NCBI GenBank assembly: GCA_016874655.1
Contig: VGTO01000002.1
Coordinates: 1 to 55,329, forward strand
Direction: 5' to 3'
Length of the DNA: 55,329 nucleotides
Source: Bacillota bacterium
GTDB lineage: Bacteria > Bacillota > Dethiobacteria > DTU022
In this document: one piece after another, positions 45,491-54,603 of the stretch
How positions within the stretch are numbered: the stretch's first letter is position 1
How the letters are laid out: each line of letters begins with the position of its first letter
Made by a program: the position numbers and the translations under genes
The notes under the pieces: model-generated
Database searches by the model: none
Told to the model about the DNA's origin: nothing
What the model saw: only the letters and a program-made list of their open reading frames with translations

Positions 45491-46558
45491 CTAGTGTATT
45501 TCAATAATACCATCCAGGCCACTTGAAACGATTAACTCCAGTTCCGGGGTTATTAGCACCCCTTCCACCCCCGGGATCTCTTCAATTAGGGTCAGTCCGT
45601 CAAGCGGACCGAGCACAAAAACCGCTGTTGAAAGAGCATCCGCCTCGGCAGCCGTCGCAGCAATAATCGTCACGCTGACCAGCCCCCGGGCAGGGTTTCC
45701 GGTTTCAGGATCAAGAATATGATGGTAAGCAACACCGGCCAGGTCAAAATAGCGTTCATAATCCCCAGATGTTACTACGGCACCATCAGAAAGTTTTAAA
45801 ACAGCCATAATCCTTTTTTGATCGCGGGGATGACGAATGCCCAGTTTCCAGGGCTCGCCATCCGGCCTACTGCCCAGGAGGGCAATATCACCACCGGCAT
45901 TGATAAAAGCAGAGCTAACCCCGTAACTTTTTAAAAGTGTAACAGCCTGATCAAGAATAAACCCCTTGGCCAGACCACCGAGCTCCAAAACCATTCCCTG
46001 CACCGGTAAAAAAAGAGTTGTTTCCATTTGATTAAAGCTGATGTTTTGATAATCGACCAAGAGCAGGCGTTGCTTGATTTCTGTCTCTTCCGGAACTCGG
46101 AACTGCTGACCCAGAAAACCCCAGCTGTCGATCAACGGCCCGATCGTGGGATCAAACGCGCCTCCGCTGATGGTCGCGTATTGATAGGCCAGTTCAACCA
46201 ACCGATAAGTATCAGGACTGACCACCACTGGTTCGAAACCGGCCAGGCTGTTAAGCCGATTTAGATCGCTTGCCGCCTCTGTGCGGCTGATTATCCGCTC
46301 CAATCGTTCTATCTCGTCAAACACAGCGTTTTTAACAGCTTCAGCCTCGACCCCTTCCGGGACGGCAAAATTTAATTCGACCATCGTATCCATGGCGGTC
46401 AGGTAAAAGGCTTTCTGATCAACTACAGGGCTTGAGCTGGCCAAGAGAAGCAACACGCAAGCAGCCAGCACGGTAATAATCAGGAGACGGTATTTTTTCA
46501 GGAAATTGATGACCGCTTTTCTGCCTGCAACCCGGGAATTTTGGTGGTTATCGATCAA
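45491..46558 (-). CDS. apbE: FAD:protein FMN transferase ApbE
   Basis: An N-terminal membrane anchor, then TAMDTMVE, GAFDPTIGPL, LGGLAKG, SGDYERYF and HHILDP motifs. Confidence 0.85.
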   Translation of the reverse strand: MIDNHQNSRVAGRKAVINFLKKYRLLIITVLAACVLLLLASSSPVVDQKAFYLTAMDTMVELNFAVPEGVEAEAVKNAVFDEIERLERIISRTEAASDLNRLNSLAGFEPVVVSPDTYRLVELAYQYATISGGAFDPTIGPLIDSWGFLGQQFRVPEETEIKQRLLLVDYQNISFNQMETTLFLPVQGMVLELGGLAKGFILDQAVTLLKSYGVSSAFINAGGDIALLGSRPDGEPWKLGIRHPRDQKRIMAVLKLSDGAVVTSGDYERYFDLAGVAYHHILDPETGNPARGLVSVTIIAATAAEADALSTAVFVLGPLDGLTLIEEIPGVEGVLITPELELIVSSGLDGIIEIH

Positions 46559-46570
46559 AGAGCAAGCTCC

Positions 46571-48922
46571 TTAAGAACGACCAAAATAGAAGATTATCAG
46601 CAAAACCACTCCTAGAACCAGCATCAGAAGAAGGTTGTCAAAACTAAGGTTTTTAGTTGTCCAGCGCGATTGTTCTTTACTACGATCCTTCACTTGCCTG
46701 TTCTCCAGTCTCTTTTCCATCTCTTCCCTTGCTTTTTGACCGGCCTGGTCGTAGACAACGTTTAAGGCCCGGTCGAGATCGTTGGATTGCTTGGCCAGTT
46801 TTTGCGCCGCCTGACCAGTTTTAAGATAGGCTTTGTCAAGAGCACTGTCCATATCGGCAGATTTGTCGGCTAGCTTACGTGCCGCCTGACCGGTTTTAAG
46901 ATAGGCTTTGTCAAGAGCACTGTCCATATCGGCAGATTTGTCGGCTAGCTTACGCGCCGTTGCTCCTGATTTTTCATAAAACTGATCAATCTTGGTATCC
47001 ATGTCGCGGGAACGATCCGCCAGTTTGCGACCGATGACCCCCCACTTCAGGTAAAATTGATCCAAGCCCTGGTCAAAATCACCGATAAAGCTGCACCAGC
47101 TGCGGGCTATACTACCAGAACGATCATAGGCCTTATCCACGGATGAATCAACAATCACCCCGGTGCGACAGGTAAAAGCCATCAGGTAATGCGTGACCGG
47201 CTGGTAGATTAGGGCATAAATACTTAGCCAGGAAGGCGGTTTCCAGTCAAACCAACGACGGTAGGCTCCGGGTATGTAGATAATCAAAGCCAGTGCAGCA
47301 ACAATAATCATCGCCTCAAGAGGATGCCATTCGAAGAAGTTAAAATGGTAGAGATGATCCATGGCATATCCTTCATATTTAAGCATTTCAGCCGCCGGGA
47401 CAATAATGCGCTCCAGGATCAGGTTTGGAAAGAGACCGATCGCGACGATGATCAACGCAAAACTACTTAAAACCGCAATCGTTGAAGGCGTAAGCTGATA
47501 GTCACGATCGAGCTTTTCCGGTACCGGGCCTAGAAAGACCCCTCTGAAAAGTTTAATGAAATAACAGATCGTGAGGGCGCTGGTAAGGGTAAATATTTTT
47601 TCTGCTATTTCAAGGCTGATCAAATCATTATATTTTATAGCAACCAACAGCGCATCGTGAACCAGAGTTTTACTGGGATAACCGTTGAATCCAGGCACAC
47701 CGGCGATGCCAAAGGCTGCCACCAGAAAAGTTACAGCAACCAGGGGCATTTTTTTTAGCATGCCGCCGAGTCGTGAGAGTTCCAGTTCATGCGTGTAAAT
47801 GTAAATAGTACCAACCATCATAAAAAGACCGGCTTTGAAAAAAGCATGATTAATAATATGGTACACCGCTCCGGCAAAACCCATTGCCCCACCAACACCC
47901 ATAAACATAGCAGCACCAATGCCGGTTGCTATATAGCCGATCTGGCTAACACTGCTGTAGGCCAGGATCCGCTTCATGTTCCCCTGCAGCAGAGCCATAA
48001 CCGCTCCGGCAAGCATGGTAACGATACCGATCCACATCAGGGCGTTCCCCATCGCAAAAAGATAATTAAGATCTTTCGTACCGCTTTCAGTGGGAGAAGA
48101 GAATAATATTAATGACACTCTTAAGATACCGTAAGCTCCGGTTTTGATCATAATACCGGAAAGCAGGGCACTGGCCGGTGAAGGAGCAACAGGGTGAGCC
48201 AGGGGTAACCAGATATGCAGAGGAACCAGACCGGCTTTAATCCCGAAACCGACCAGGAAAAGGATATAGATCAACGTTCGATTAGCCGTTAGCTGATCAA
48301 GCACCGGAACGATAGCAACCGATCCGGTGGCAGAATAGAGCAGCATAATAGCAAAGAGCAGCGCCAAACCACCGGCAATTCCCAGGTAGAGATAAAGAAT
48401 TCCGGCTTTCATTGACTCCAGATTTTGCTCATGTATTACCAGAATAAATGAACTTAGAGTCATCAACTCGAAAAATAAAAAGAGGGTAAAAAAATCGCCG
48501 GCCAGGACAACCCCGAGGGTGGCACCAAGGGTAAAAATCAACACGCTATAAAAGCGGCGGCGGTTGTGTTCTAAATCCATGTAGGTAAAAGAAAAGATGG
48601 TTGCCAGAGACCAGACCAGGGTGATCAGAAAGGCAAAGATCCACCCGATTAAATCAACTTTAAAATAAAGCCCAAGCTGCATAAAATCAAGCAGGTCAAA
48701 GCTGACTGTGCCGTTTAAAACCATAGGCAAAAGAGCAGTAACCCCGGTCAGTGAGAACAGTGAAATGATCAGGGCAAGTGCTTTTCGTGCGTTTTCCCAG
48801 CTGTCCTTTAAGAAATAAAGACCTACTCCGGTCAGCAAAGGTACCAGCGTCACCCAAAGGACTGTGGAGGAATAGTAAACCTGGTAAACCTTAGGCAGAT
48901 GTTCCGGAGCAGCGGCAAACAA
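46571..48922 (-). CDS. NuoL/MrpA/MrpD-like proton-conducting antiporter subunit with repeat-containing C-terminal extension
   Basis: The core carries LHIWLPLAHPVAPSPASALLSG and AYSSVSQIGY (NuoL/M/N hallmarks). About 190 extra C-terminal residues are made of 25-aa repeats and end in a TM helix (LLLMLVLGVVLLIIFYF). Confidence 0.8.
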   Translation of the reverse strand: MFAAAPEHLPKVYQVYYSSTVLWVTLVPLLTGVGLYFLKDSWENARKALALIISLFSLTGVTALLPMVLNGTVSFDLLDFMQLGLYFKVDLIGWIFAFLITLVWSLATIFSFTYMDLEHNRRRFYSVLIFTLGATLGVVLAGDFFTLFLFFELMTLSSFILVIHEQNLESMKAGILYLYLGIAGGLALLFAIMLLYSATGSVAIVPVLDQLTANRTLIYILFLVGFGIKAGLVPLHIWLPLAHPVAPSPASALLSGIMIKTGAYGILRVSLILFSSPTESGTKDLNYLFAMGNALMWIGIVTMLAGAVMALLQGNMKRILAYSSVSQIGYIATGIGAAMFMGVGGAMGFAGAVYHIINHAFFKAGLFMMVGTIYIYTHELELSRLGGMLKKMPLVAVTFLVAAFGIAGVPGFNGYPSKTLVHDALLVAIKYNDLISLEIAEKIFTLTSALTICYFIKLFRGVFLGPVPEKLDRDYQLTPSTIAVLSSFALIIVAIGLFPNLILERIIVPAAEMLKYEGYAMDHLYHFNFFEWHPLEAMIIVAALALIIYIPGAYRRWFDWKPPSWLSIYALIYQPVTHYLMAFTCRTGVIVDSSVDKAYDRSGSIARSWCSFIGDFDQGLDQFYLKWGVIGRKLADRSRDMDTKIDQFYEKSGATARKLADKSADMDSALDKAYLKTGQAARKLADKSADMDSALDKAYLKTGQAAQKLAKQSNDLDRALNVVYDQAGQKAREEMEKRLENRQVKDRSKEQSRWTTKNLSFDNLLLMLVLGVVLLIIFYFGRS
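46806..46955. repeat. Tandem 75-bp direct repeat (2 near-identical copies) inside the antiporter-subunit gene
   Basis: 46806-46880 and 46881-46955 differ at 2 of 75 positions by my alignment. Each copy encodes ARKLADKSADMDSALDKAYLKTGQA. More diverged copies flank them on both sides. Confidence 0.85.
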
Positions 48923-50449
48923 TTAGAATCCCCCTCCTCCCAGCAGATAAACTGCAGTGAGGCGTGAGAGGCTAAAAGCAATATTATTAGGGGTGAGTCC
49001 GAAAAAGATCGTACACAATGCCAGAATAACGATTGCCGATAACATCAACGGGGTTGCTTCCTCGATCTTTACCGGAGGTAGATCGTGTTCATCCCCGTGA
49101 TGATCCGCTTGAAGAGAGTCGGGCAATTCAAAGAAAGCCGGGATAATAATCGGCAGGTAATAAAGAGCATTAAGCAGGCTGCTGATTAAAAGGACCAACA
49201 CAAAACCGGGCGCCTCGGCATCAAGAGCTCCAAGGGCCAGAGTCCACTTGCTAAGAAAACCGTTTAAGGGTGGAATACCGATCATCGCCAGGGCAGCCAG
49301 TGCGAAACAGCCCATTGTTACAGGCATCTGGCGCCCGAGCCCTTTAAAATCAGCGATGTTGCGTTTGCCTGTTTTCCAGATAATGGCACCAGCAGCAAGG
49401 AAGAGGGCGCTTTTCATGAATGCGTGGCTGAAAATATGAAATATCGCCCCGGTGATCGCATTGTTATTTAATATGCTTAAACCCAGAAGGACATAACCCA
49501 ATTGGCTGATACTGGAGTAAGCTAAACGCCTCTTGATGTCTGTCTGGGTCAGAGCTACGGCTGAACCGAGCAGGATAGTGATCACAGCCAAAGCGGCAAG
49601 AATATCGTTCCAATTACTGGTTTGAAGCAGCTGATAAGAATAAACAAAGAATACAACCCTGACCAAACCATATGCGCCAGTTTTCAGCATGATCCCCGAA
49701 AGCAGGGCACTGGCCGGAGAAGGAGCAACGGGATGGGCATCAGGCAACCAGACATGCAGGGGAAACATACCGGCTTTCATACCAAAGCCGATCAGAAAAC
49801 AGATAAAGGCGATTAGGCCAAGGGTGGACCTTTCCTGAATAATCGGCCCTACTCCGAGAGATACGGTCCCACCGAGTTCAAAAATGATAATGATGCCAAA
49901 AAAGAGAGCCAGACCGCCGATAATGGTCATCACCAGGTATTTATAGCCGGCCTTGAGCGCTTCCTCGGTTTGTTCATGGATGACCAGGATATAGGCAATG
50001 ATCGACATCAGCTCAAAGAAGACAAAGAGGCTGAAAAGATCGCCGGCAAAAAAGATCCCCTGGCAGCTGCCTAAAGTAAAGATCAATACCGGGTAATAAC
50101 GACCGCCGGCATGTTCCCTGGCCATATAGTGAAGCGAATAAAGTGTAGCCAAAAGCCAGACAAAGGAAGAGAGAGCAGCCAGTGAAAAGCTTAACAGATC
50201 AAGACGGATCGAAATTTCTAAATTGGGTAAGATTTCAAAGAGAGAGAGCTGCACTATCCCCCCGTCTTTAATGAAAGGATAGAGCGTAAGTGACAAAATA
50301 AAAGTGACTGCCGCAGTTGCTACCGATAAACCGTTACGCAACTGATCAGATATGCGGCAGCTGTACATGATAACCGGAGTCATGATGATTGGAGCCAGGA
50401 CAATAATGATCTGGATCGCTACCACGGTTTTTTCAGCCAATAAAACCAC
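48923..50449 (-). CDS. MrpD/NuoN-like antiporter subunit (second paralog)
   Basis: LHVWLPDAHPVAPSPASALLSG and AYSSISQLGY. The start may be the TTG at 50440. Confidence 0.85.
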   Translation of the reverse strand: MVLLAEKTVVAIQIIIVLAPIIMTPVIMYSCRISDQLRNGLSVATAAVTFILSLTLYPFIKDGGIVQLSLFEILPNLEISIRLDLLSFSLAALSSFVWLLATLYSLHYMAREHAGGRYYPVLIFTLGSCQGIFFAGDLFSLFVFFELMSIIAYILVIHEQTEEALKAGYKYLVMTIIGGLALFFGIIIIFELGGTVSLGVGPIIQERSTLGLIAFICFLIGFGMKAGMFPLHVWLPDAHPVAPSPASALLSGIMLKTGAYGLVRVVFFVYSYQLLQTSNWNDILAALAVITILLGSAVALTQTDIKRRLAYSSISQLGYVLLGLSILNNNAITGAIFHIFSHAFMKSALFLAAGAIIWKTGKRNIADFKGLGRQMPVTMGCFALAALAMIGIPPLNGFLSKWTLALGALDAEAPGFVLVLLISSLLNALYYLPIIIPAFFELPDSLQADHHGDEHDLPPVKIEEATPLMLSAIVILALCTIFFGLTPNNIAFSLSRLTAVYLLGGGGF

Positions 50450-50473
50450 CCCCGCCTGTTTACGTTATTTTTT

Positions 50474-50502
50474 ATTATAGGTTTGTTAATTTAATAATTC
50501 AA
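50474..50502 (-). promoter_or_regulatory. Candidate internal sigmaA promoter within the antiporter cluster
   Basis: Minus strand: TTGAAT (50502-50497), 17 nt, TATAAT (50479-50474), in the only sizeable (75-nt, AT-rich) gap of the cluster. Confidence 0.4.
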
Positions 50503-50524
50503 CCATTGCCAGATCAGCTTAGAA

Positions 50525-52003
50525 TCAGAAGAAAACGGTCACAGCCTCTTCGAGCAGTAGAGTCAGCGGACGGGAAAAGATTCCCGTAATCACAACAAAA
50601 ATCATGCCAATCACCAGCGCTGACTGTAAAACCTTGGGTACCTCTTTAACCTGGCAGGCGAAATCATCCTGGCTCATAAAAGCATTAATCACGATTGGCA
50701 TATAATAGATAGCATTTAATAGGCTACTCAGCAAAATAACCAACACAAAAAGCGATCGCCCGATCTCGAGGGCTCCCAAAGCCAGGTACCATTTACTGAT
50801 CAAGCCACCTGTTCCCGGAATGCCGATCATCGAGGCGCTGCCAACCGTAAAGGCAACCAAAACCAGGGGCATAACCCGGCCGATGCCGTTCATGTCACTG
50901 ATCCTGCGCACACCGGTAGCGTAAATAATAGCACCAGCAGCCATAAAGAGCATCGCTTTAGTAATGGCATGTACAGCTATGTGATAAAGCCCGCCAACCA
51001 GGGCCAGACGCTGATCGAGACCAATGCCCATGAAAATGAAGGCTATTTGTCCGATGCTGGAATAAGCGAGCATTTTTTTCAGATCTGTTTGTAACATGGC
51101 ATAGACAGAACCAAACATCACCCCAAAAGCGGCAAGCCAGAGCACAATTTCGCTTAAGGGAAGACTGTCAAGCAGAGAACGGGGAAATACCCTGTAAAAA
51201 ATGACAAAGAGACTGAACGCATAGATTTTGATCACCAAACCCGATAGCATGGCACTTGAAGGGGATGGAGCCGAGGCATGAGCATCTGGCAACCATACAT
51301 GTAAAGGAAAAAGCGCCGCCTTGGTGCCAAAAGCAACAATGAAGAGGGCCGCGGCGGTAAAAACATTAAGCGGGTAATTGATGACCGCAGCTGTGAGTTC
51401 CTGCTGGAGGAATCCGAAGTTTAGCTGGCCGGTTACCATATAAAGCAGGGCCACCCCAAGCAAAAAACAGCCGGTTCCCATCGCGCTCAAGATTAGATAT
51501 TTAAAACCGGCCTCCAGACACTCACGGTCTTCCTTCACTGTAATGATCGCGCAGGAGGTAATGGCGCAGATCTCCATGAAGACAAAAAGGTTAAAAAGAT
51601 CATTGGTCATCGTTATCGCCGCCATCGAAGCAACCAGAAGTAAATAAAGGGCATAATACCAGCCGATCACTGTCCGGCGCAGTTCATGTTGTAGATCTTC
51701 GATGGCAAAAAGAAAGATCCACAAACTAATCGCAACTACGACCAGAAGCATAAAAACCCGCAGCGGATCTGCCACATATTCAATGCCCCACGGAGGAGGC
51801 CAGTTGCCCATCTGGTAAAAATAAGGTCCATCACGACGCACTTTAATTAACAGAAATACAGCCATGACCACAGAAAGCAACAGGGAGAGCAGAACCAGGT
51901 AACCGCTCGCTTTTTCATGACGGCGGTAAATAAGTGGCGCCAGAAAAGCGCCAATTAGTGGAGTTATAACAATTAAAACCGGTAATTGATCTGCTAAAAC
52001 CAC
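50525..52003 (-). CDS. mrpD: Mrp/Mnh subunit D (MbhH-like) antiporter subunit
   Basis: LHVWLPDAHASAPSPSSAMLSG and AYSSIGQIAF. Overlaps mrpC. Confidence 0.85.
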   Translation of the reverse strand: MVLADQLPVLIVITPLIGAFLAPLIYRRHEKASGYLVLLSLLLSVVMAVFLLIKVRRDGPYFYQMGNWPPPWGIEYVADPLRVFMLLVVVAISLWIFLFAIEDLQHELRRTVIGWYYALYLLLVASMAAITMTNDLFNLFVFMEICAITSCAIITVKEDRECLEAGFKYLILSAMGTGCFLLGVALLYMVTGQLNFGFLQQELTAAVINYPLNVFTAAALFIVAFGTKAALFPLHVWLPDAHASAPSPSSAMLSGLVIKIYAFSLFVIFYRVFPRSLLDSLPLSEIVLWLAAFGVMFGSVYAMLQTDLKKMLAYSSIGQIAFIFMGIGLDQRLALVGGLYHIAVHAITKAMLFMAAGAIIYATGVRRISDMNGIGRVMPLVLVAFTVGSASMIGIPGTGGLISKWYLALGALEIGRSLFVLVILLSSLLNAIYYMPIVINAFMSQDDFACQVKEVPKVLQSALVIGMIFVVITGIFSRPLTLLLEEAVTVFF

Positions 52004-52374
52004 TACTCATCGCCCCTGAGTTCACAAATTTCATCGTAATCAACAGTACCGTAAGCCCGGTGAATCTTTACGATCAGGCTAAGCGCATAAGCTGTAACAC
52101 TAACTGCTACGACAATACCGGTCAGGATCAAAGCCCCGGGTAAGGGATTAATATAAAGGGCTTCCGGATCGCTCCCGATGATCGGTGGCCTGCCGCCCTG
52201 CACATAACCGATCGCCACAAAAAGCAGGAAAACAGAGGTATCCATGATATTCATGGCGATAACCTTCTTGATCATATTGGCATGGGTCAACATCGTATGT
52301 GTACCAATGACAAAGAGGATAATGGCCACAAAATAATAATAATTATGTATCAGTCCGCCTAATATCTCCAACAA
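52003..52374 (-). CDS. mrpC: Mrp/Mnh subunit C (NuoK-like, MbhG-like)
   Basis: 123-aa three-TM protein (NIMDTSVFLLFVAIGY). AAGGAG lies 7 nt before the TTG start. Confidence 0.8.
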   Translation of the reverse strand: MLEILGGLIHNYYYFVAIILFVIGTHTMLTHANMIKKVIAMNIMDTSVFLLFVAIGYVQGGRPPIIGSDPEALYINPLPGALILTGIVVAVSVTAYALSLIVKIHRAYGTVDYDEICELRGDE

Positions 52375-52798
52375 CCTGCTCCTTCTCGATGATGTTATAA
52401 AAAAGGGTGGTTATCGTGCTGGCAACTTTGATGCCTATAAACACGGTAATGATCCAGATCGCCCCGGCGCTGAAAAACTCGCCCGCCTCTCCTAAGGGAA
52501 AACCAGCTGCCCGGTTGGCAAAATAGTTTCCACCTAAGAAGATAGCCGCCAGGCCGGTTAAGGCAAAGCCGAGAGCACCACCGCTTTCCAGGAGTGAAGC
52601 TGTCTGGTGTGATATTTGTTTGGCTCCGGCTTCCAGGTTAAAAGAGATTGCTACCAAAACCAGGCTGGAACCGAATATCGCCCCTCCCGAAAAACCGCCA
52701 CCCGGTGAAAGGTGCCCATTAACGATCACATAAATGCCATAAAGTTGAATAAAAGGAGCAACCAGCCTGGCTGTTATCCGAACAATCTGATCATCGAT
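52343..52798 (-). CDS. mrpB: MnhB-domain subunit (MbhF-like); start codon uncertain
   Basis: GHLSPGGGFSGG is the MnhB signature. The frame is open upstream of the tracked GTG (52729) and encodes a needed TM segment (DQIVRITARLVAPFIQLYGIYVIV) with no ATG/GTG/TTG. ATC at 52798 follows a GAAGGGAG RBS. Confidence 0.65.
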   Translation of the reverse strand: MDDQIVRITARLVAPFIQLYGIYVIVNGHLSPGGGFSGGAIFGSSLVLVAISFNLEAGAKQISHQTASLLESGGALGFALTGLAAIFLGGNYFANRAAGFPLGEAGEFFSAGAIWIITVFIGIKVASTITTLFYNIIEKEQVVGDIRRTDT

Positions 52799-52820
52799 AT
52801 TAACCCTGCTCCCTTCTTGT

Positions 52821-53159
52821 TCAGTGCGATTTCAGGGTGGCAATTACCGCTGCAATAGCAGCAAACAGAACCGTTGCCTCGCCAAGTGTATCAAAAGCGC
52901 GATAATCGGTGATGATACTGCTGACAATATTCAGCGCTCCTGTCTCAGCCACTCCTGATTCAAGATAACGTTTTGGCACTTCGTTAAAAGCCGGACTGTC
53001 TGGTGAGCCAAAAAGTGGCATTTCAGCAACGGTAAAGCTAAAAAGATAAATAATCAGACCTAACAGATAGAACGTAAGGATGCTTCGTAGTTCAACACCG
53101 AGAATGAAGCGCAGAAAAAGGGCCAGAAAAACCAGAAAGACAAAAGGAATATATGACAT
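52821..53159 (-). CDS. Small Mrp/Mbh membrane subunit (MbhE-like, N-terminal part of MnhB)
   Basis: NIVSSIITDYRAFDTLGEATVLF matches the DYRxxDTLGE motif of MnhB-type proteins. A GAGGGGGGAG RBS precedes it. Confidence 0.7.
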   Translation of the reverse strand: MSYIPFVFLVFLALFLRFILGVELRSILTFYLLGLIIYLFSFTVAEMPLFGSPDSPAFNEVPKRYLESGVAETGALNIVSSIITDYRAFDTLGEATVLFAAIAAVIATLKSH

Positions 53160-53184
53160 CAGCAGGCTCCCCCCTCAAAGAGCT

Positions 53185-53424
53185 TCATTCAACCCTCTTA
53201 GTTTTACTAATTGCGGCAATCATTAAAAGCGCAGCGACACCGGTGCCCAAAGCTGCTTCAACCATGGCAACATCAGGGGCGCTTAGCTGCTGCCAGATTA
53301 TCGCCATGATCAGGCCAAAAGCCGAAAAAAGAATCACGGCGCTTAACAAATCACGGATATAGGCTACACCGATCGCACAGATGATCAGAAATACAAGCAG
53401 CAGGATGTTCAGCAACTCAGTCAT
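53185..53424 (-). CDS. DUF4040-type small membrane subunit (MbhD-like)
   Basis: 79 aa, three TM, with SAPDVAMVEAALGTGV typical of the DUF4040/MnhB N-terminal domain. Overlaps mrpG. Confidence 0.7.
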   Translation of the reverse strand: MTELLNILLLVFLIICAIGVAYIRDLLSAVILFSAFGLIMAIIWQQLSAPDVAMVEAALGTGVAALLMIAAISKTKRVE

Positions 53425-53746
53425 CGCCTGGCCTCCTGCTTAAAACCGGGGTTATCCCCGTTTTATAGGCCGCCCGGGCAATAACATGAGCAGCTGTGGG
53501 GTTGGTAATCAAAATAAAGAGGGCAAGCAGGATTAACCTGATCCCGATCGTGGCTGTACTTTGCAAAGCCAGGGAAAGTAAAATTAATCCCGCCCCTAAG
53601 GTATCACATTTGGTGGTGGCATGCAGCCGGTTAAAGACATCTGGCAGGCGAAGTAGCCCCACGGTACCGACGAAGAGAAAAAAGAGACCGCCGCATAGTG
53701 AAAGAAGCGCCAAAAAACCAAGCACCTGTTCGATAAGCGCATTCAT
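53417..53746 (-). CDS. mrpG: Mrp/Mnh subunit G
   Basis: GTVGLLRLPDVFNRLHATTKCDTLG and NPTAAHVIARAAY. Confidence 0.85.
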   Translation of the reverse strand: MNALIEQVLGFLALLSLCGGLFFLFVGTVGLLRLPDVFNRLHATTKCDTLGAGLILLSLALQSTATIGIRLILLALFILITNPTAAHVIARAAYKTGITPVLSRRPGDD

Positions 53747-54027
53747 CAGTCGAGAGCCCCTTTCTCCAGATATTTAGCCACGCCGATCGTCGTAATAAAG
53801 CTCATCAGGGCGTAGACCATTGCGATGTCTAAAAAGTATTGATGCCCATATACCTTAGCAATCAGGGTAATAATCACGAGGGTTTTAGTGCCGATGATAT
53901 TAATTGCAGTAACCCTGTCCTGTGCTGTTGGGCCAAGCAAAGCTCTTACCAGTGATAGAAAGATCATCAGCATGACCAGGATTGCTCCAATCTCGTAAGA
54001 AAAACTAAGTATCTGAGCTAAATCCAC
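53746..54027 (-). CDS. mrpF: Mrp/Mnh subunit F
   Basis: RALLGPTAQDRVTAINIIGT, 93 aa, three TM. Confidence 0.85.
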   Translation of the reverse strand: MDLAQILSFSYEIGAILVMLMIFLSLVRALLGPTAQDRVTAINIIGTKTLVIITLIAKVYGHQYFLDIAMVYALMSFITTIGVAKYLEKGALD

Positions 54028-54029
54028 CG

Positions 54030-54521
54030 CTAGGCCTCCTCCATTTCTCTGATTTTCTTAATCAGAGGCCAGTTTCGCAAACCCTCACCGCTTTTAAAAG
54101 TTAAAGCATGCACCAGGAACTTATTGTCTTCTGCCATGATGGTCAAAGTTCCGGGGGTCAGGGTAATTGAATTGGCAAGCAGCACCCGATCGGTAATTTT
54201 TTCAATATCGACTTCAAGTTCAACCAGGTTAGGTTCAATTGGCATTTTGGGATTTAAAACTATTGCCGCCACCTGAAAGTTAGCCACCACAATATCACTA
54301 ATCAGTTTTAATGCGTAACCGGCAAACCAGAAAAGAGTTTTAAAACGGATCGGCACCCTTTCTTCAGACTTAATTAAAAGGTTCCGGTTAAACCAGACCA
54401 CAAAAGCAGCTGCTGCAAGACCAAACAGCAGCTGAGGCCACTTCAGGCTGCCGCTGACAGCAACCCAAAAGATAAACATCACCATCGTCATACCGATATA
54501 GTCTGGAAGCCGGCCTCGCAT
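54030..54521 (-). CDS. mrpE: Mrp/Mnh subunit E
   Basis: MnhE-like (FWVAVSG...LANSITLTPGTLT). I prefer the ATG at 54521 (MRGRLPDY) after GGTGGTGA. Confidence 0.8.
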   Translation of the reverse strand: MRGRLPDYIGMTMVMFIFWVAVSGSLKWPQLLFGLAAAAFVVWFNRNLLIKSEERVPIRFKTLFWFAGYALKLISDIVVANFQVAAIVLNPKMPIEPNLVELEVDIEKITDRVLLANSITLTPGTLTIMAEDNKFLVHALTFKSGEGLRNWPLIKKIREMEEA

Positions 54522-54603
54522 AGATTCACCACCGGTAAGAAAAATCAATTTCTGTCGTGACTTACAGATACTCCAGCAAATAGATAGGTTAACATATCAA
54601 TAA

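Noticed and set aside
52343-53424. The split MnhB region (three small ORFs) as a frameshifted pseudogene of a single mrpB/mrpA C-terminus.
   Set aside because: The three-ORF arrangement (DUF4040, DYRxFDTLGE part, GHxxPGGGF part) matches the normal MbhD/E/F organisation, and two of the three have their own RBS and start codon. Only the start codon of the last one is problematic, and it is reported separately.
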